In this document: piece after piece, positions 61,748 through 64,000 of the stretch
Layout: the number at the start of each line of letters is the position of its first letter
Position numbering within the stretch: position 1 is the stretch's first letter
DNA from: an uncultured Chloroflexia bacterium
Lineage (GTDB): Bacteria > Chloroflexota > Dehalococcoidia > DSTF01 > JALHUB01
Direction of reading: 5' to 3'
Length of the DNA stretch: 64,000 nucleotides
NCBI GenBank assembly: GCA_963703345.1
Contig: OY969814.1
Coordinates: forward strand, 864,001 to 928,000
Program-made: the position numbers and the translations under genes
Notes under the pieces: model-generated
Seen by the model: the letters and a program-made list of their open reading frames with translations, nothing else
Told to the model about the DNA's origin: nothing
Database searches by the model: none

Positions 61748-62575
61748 TCACGAGAGGATGTCCTTCCGATGGAACCACCACCAGGTGAAAATGAGGAAGG
61801 CCAGCGCGTAGGGAAGCTGGATGAGGATGCCGCGCCATACGTCGCCGGTGGCCATGGGCTGCTGGAAAAGGCCGTTCCAGGACTGGAAGTAGTGCGTGGG
61901 CAGGAAGTTGCGACTCGTCTTCAGCGGGGGAATGGCGTCGAGTATCCCCGATACGATCGTGAAGCCGACGCCGCCGAAGACGGCACCGAGAGCGGCGTCG
62001 GTGACGGTGGAAAGCATGAACGCAAAGCAGAGCAGCCCCGCCATGCACCAGGCGACGTAGAAGGTTGAGGCGACGAGACGCCCGAACGCTTCGCCGGGTG
62101 ATAGCGTCGCCACAAGCAGTCCCCCGTTCACTACTGGAATTACGACCGGATGCCAGCCGAAAGCGGCCACTCCGCTCATCAGGCCGATGACGACGATAGC
62201 CAGAGTCGCCACGACCGCGAGAATGGCCGTCACGGCAAGTTTGTTGGCAAGCAGGCGGCTGCGCGATACCGGCCGGACGAGGAGGTAGCGCAGGGTGCCC
62301 CAGTTCGCCTCTTCGGCGATGGCGCCACCGGCAAAGACGGAGACGACGACAGGTAGAAGAAAGCCGGTCATCAGCACGAGCGCGGCGATCGGCAGGTTGA
62401 TACCAGAGCGCGTCACCAGAAGAAAGAGACCCTCCTGCGTTTGGTTGCGCTCGCCGTGCGGCGGGCCGCCAAGCTTGGTGGCCAGCGTTATGATGATGGG
62501 AATGGCGGCCATGAGGCCGAGGGCAAGATAGGTACGAAGCCGCCACACCTGCTTTCGGATTTCGACGCCGATCAT
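61748..62575 (-). CDS. ABC-2 type transporter permease
   Basis: AEEANWGTLRYLLVRPVSR..L...K; six TM segments; ends F.RKDILS. Confidence 0.88.
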   Translation of the reverse strand: MIGVEIRKQVWRLRTYLALGLMAAIPIIITLATKLGGPPHGERNQTQEGLFLLVTRSGINLPIAALVLMTGFLLPVVVSVFAGGAIAEEANWGTLRYLLVRPVSRSRLLANKLAVTAILAVVATLAIVVIGLMSGVAAFGWHPVVIPVVNGGLLVATLSPGEAFGRLVASTFYVAWCMAGLLCFAFMLSTVTDAALGAVFGGVGFTIVSGILDAIPPLKTSRNFLPTHYFQSWNGLFQQPMATGDVWRGILIQLPYALAFLIFTWWWFHRKDILS

Positions 62576-63486
62576 CTCTCCTCCGTCGCCAGCATCTGCA
62601 GGAATGCGTCCTCAAGCCGGTGGCGCGAGGTGATCGTCTCGACGCCGACGCCGGCGTGCACTAACGCGGCGACGATGTCCTTCCGCAGCACGCCGTTTAG
62701 CGTGACGGACAGGCCCGGCGGCTCCAGTTCCACCGGCCCGATGCCCTGGAAGCCCTCCAGCACCTTTCTCGCCTTCTCCAGGTCGTCCACTTCCAGGTAG
62801 GCGGTCTGAGCGGCGCCCACCAGCTCGTTGACCGTGCCCGCCGCGACGAGATGCCCCCGGTCCATCACCGCGACGTGGCTGCACACCTGCTCGACCTCGG
62901 CCAGGATGTGGCTGGACAGGAAGACTGTGGCGCCCCGCTGCGACACGTCGCGCAGCACGTTCCGCGTCTCGCGCATCTCCTCCGGGTCCAGGCCGACCGT
63001 CGGCTCGTCGAGCAGCAGGAGGTCGGTCTGTCCCAGTAGCGCCTGCGCGATGCCGAGTCGCTGCCGCATGCCGGTGGAGTAAGTGCGCACCTTGCGGCGG
63101 ATCGCCTTGCCCAGGTCGGCGATGGCCAGCGCCTCCTCCATGTGCGCCTCGCGCAATGGCTGGCCGCCGGCGCGCCAGAACAGCTTGAGGTTATCGAGGC
63201 CGGACATATGGGGCACGAAAGCCGGTCGCTCCACCAGCGCGCCAACGCGGCGCAGCGTCGGATACCCGGGCCGCACCGGCAGCCCGAAGAGTCGCGCCTC
63301 GCCGGCCGTCGGGTGCACGAGGCCGAGGAGCATGCGAAGGACAGTCGTCTTGCCGGCGCCGTTGGGGCCGAGGAGTCCGAAGACCTGGCCGCTCTCGACC
63401 TTCAGGCTGAGGTTATCCACCACCATGCCGGCGTTCGCGAAGCTCTTGCTCAGGCCGGCAAGCTCGATGGGAAAGGCATCGCTCAC
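62572..63486 (-). CDS. ABC transporter ATP-binding protein
   Basis: GPNGAGKTT, YSTGMRQRL, LLDEPTVGLD, SSH. Confidence 0.93.
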   Translation of the reverse strand: MSDAFPIELAGLSKSFANAGMVVDNLSLKVESGQVFGLLGPNGAGKTTVLRMLLGLVHPTAGEARLFGLPVRPGYPTLRRVGALVERPAFVPHMSGLDNLKLFWRAGGQPLREAHMEEALAIADLGKAIRRKVRTYSTGMRQRLGIAQALLGQTDLLLLDEPTVGLDPEEMRETRNVLRDVSQRGATVFLSSHILAEVEQVCSHVAVMDRGHLVAAGTVNELVGAAQTAYLEVDDLEKARKVLEGFQGIGPVELEPPGLSVTLNGVLRKDIVAALVHAGVGVETITSRHRLEDAFLQMLATEER

Positions 63487-63589
63487 AATGGCAACGTCTC
63501 TGTTCCAGTTCGTAACAGCGAAAGTCGTAGCGCTCGGTTCAATCCGAGGCGTTCTTCTCTTATTCTACGACATTGGCGGGCGCTGCGTG

Positions 63590-63913
63590 TTACAGCCTCA
63601 GTTTGCAAGTGATCATGCCGTCCCACTCGCCGACGGGGTGGTCGGAGGTCAGGACGAAGGACTCGGCATCCGGCTTGTAGCGGATGCTGATCTCGCCGGC
63701 AAGCTCCTGCGCCTGCTGGTCGATGACGAAGGTCAGGCCGTCGACCTCTTCGACGAGGTCCGATTCGTGCCCCTCGTCGACGAGCAGACCCAGCGAGGGG
63801 TCGCAGCAGCCGGTGAACTGCAACTCGATGCGGATGGGCTTCTGCGTCCCCGTTTCGGATAGCAGCGATTTCATTGCCGCAGATGCCGCGGGATCTACTT
63901 TGACTATCGCCAT
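63590..63913 (-). CDS. HesB/IscA-like protein
   Basis: IRI....GCCDPSLGL.VDE...SD...EVDGLTFVID pattern. Confidence 0.75.
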   Translation of the reverse strand: MAIVKVDPAASAAMKSLLSETGTQKPIRIELQFTGCCDPSLGLLVDEGHESDLVEEVDGLTFVIDQQAQELAGEISIRYKPDAESFVLTSDHPVGEWDGMITCKLRL

Positions 63914-64000
63914 GAAGTTGAGGGGACGGGACAAAACGCCCCGTCTCCGTTCTCCCTTCGAATTCAGCTAGTATGCCTGCGTGTAGAGATTCAAGATCTC

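Overview
GC-rich bacterial window, mostly core metabolic genes. The gene content resembles Chloroflexota/Dehalococcoidia (inference only). Order: MgtE-like 3' end and an NRAMP-related transporter; a zinc-ribbon/Gly-rich membrane protein; a minus-strand mvhD-metF-hdrC-hdrB-hdrA(L)-mvhD-metV cluster, preceded by a MarR gene and bracketed by two near-identical 26-bp palindromes; a truncated hypothetical gene; an OafA/OatA-type acyltransferase; a glycyl radical enzyme with an N-terminal SCP2-like domain plus its activase; PrsW, RRM and zinc-ribbon genes; a carboxylesterase; a PAS hybrid kinase; two orphan ABC substrate-binding proteins; MMPL and MFS transporters; a two-component pair; and a pentose-phosphate cluster (tkt-rpiB-tal/pgi-gnd-pgl ... 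zwf) interrupted by a complete E. coli-type nuoA-N operon. It ends with Zn-ADH, YihY, an ABC pair and a HesB-like gene. Many single-base insertions (activase, kinase, gnd, nuoD/E/F/G) look like long-read errors. I saw no tRNA, rRNA, CRISPR array or transposase. Best candidates for something new: the SCP2-GRE fusion, the oxPPP-complex I module, and the HdrL-MetVF cluster with a degenerate MetF.
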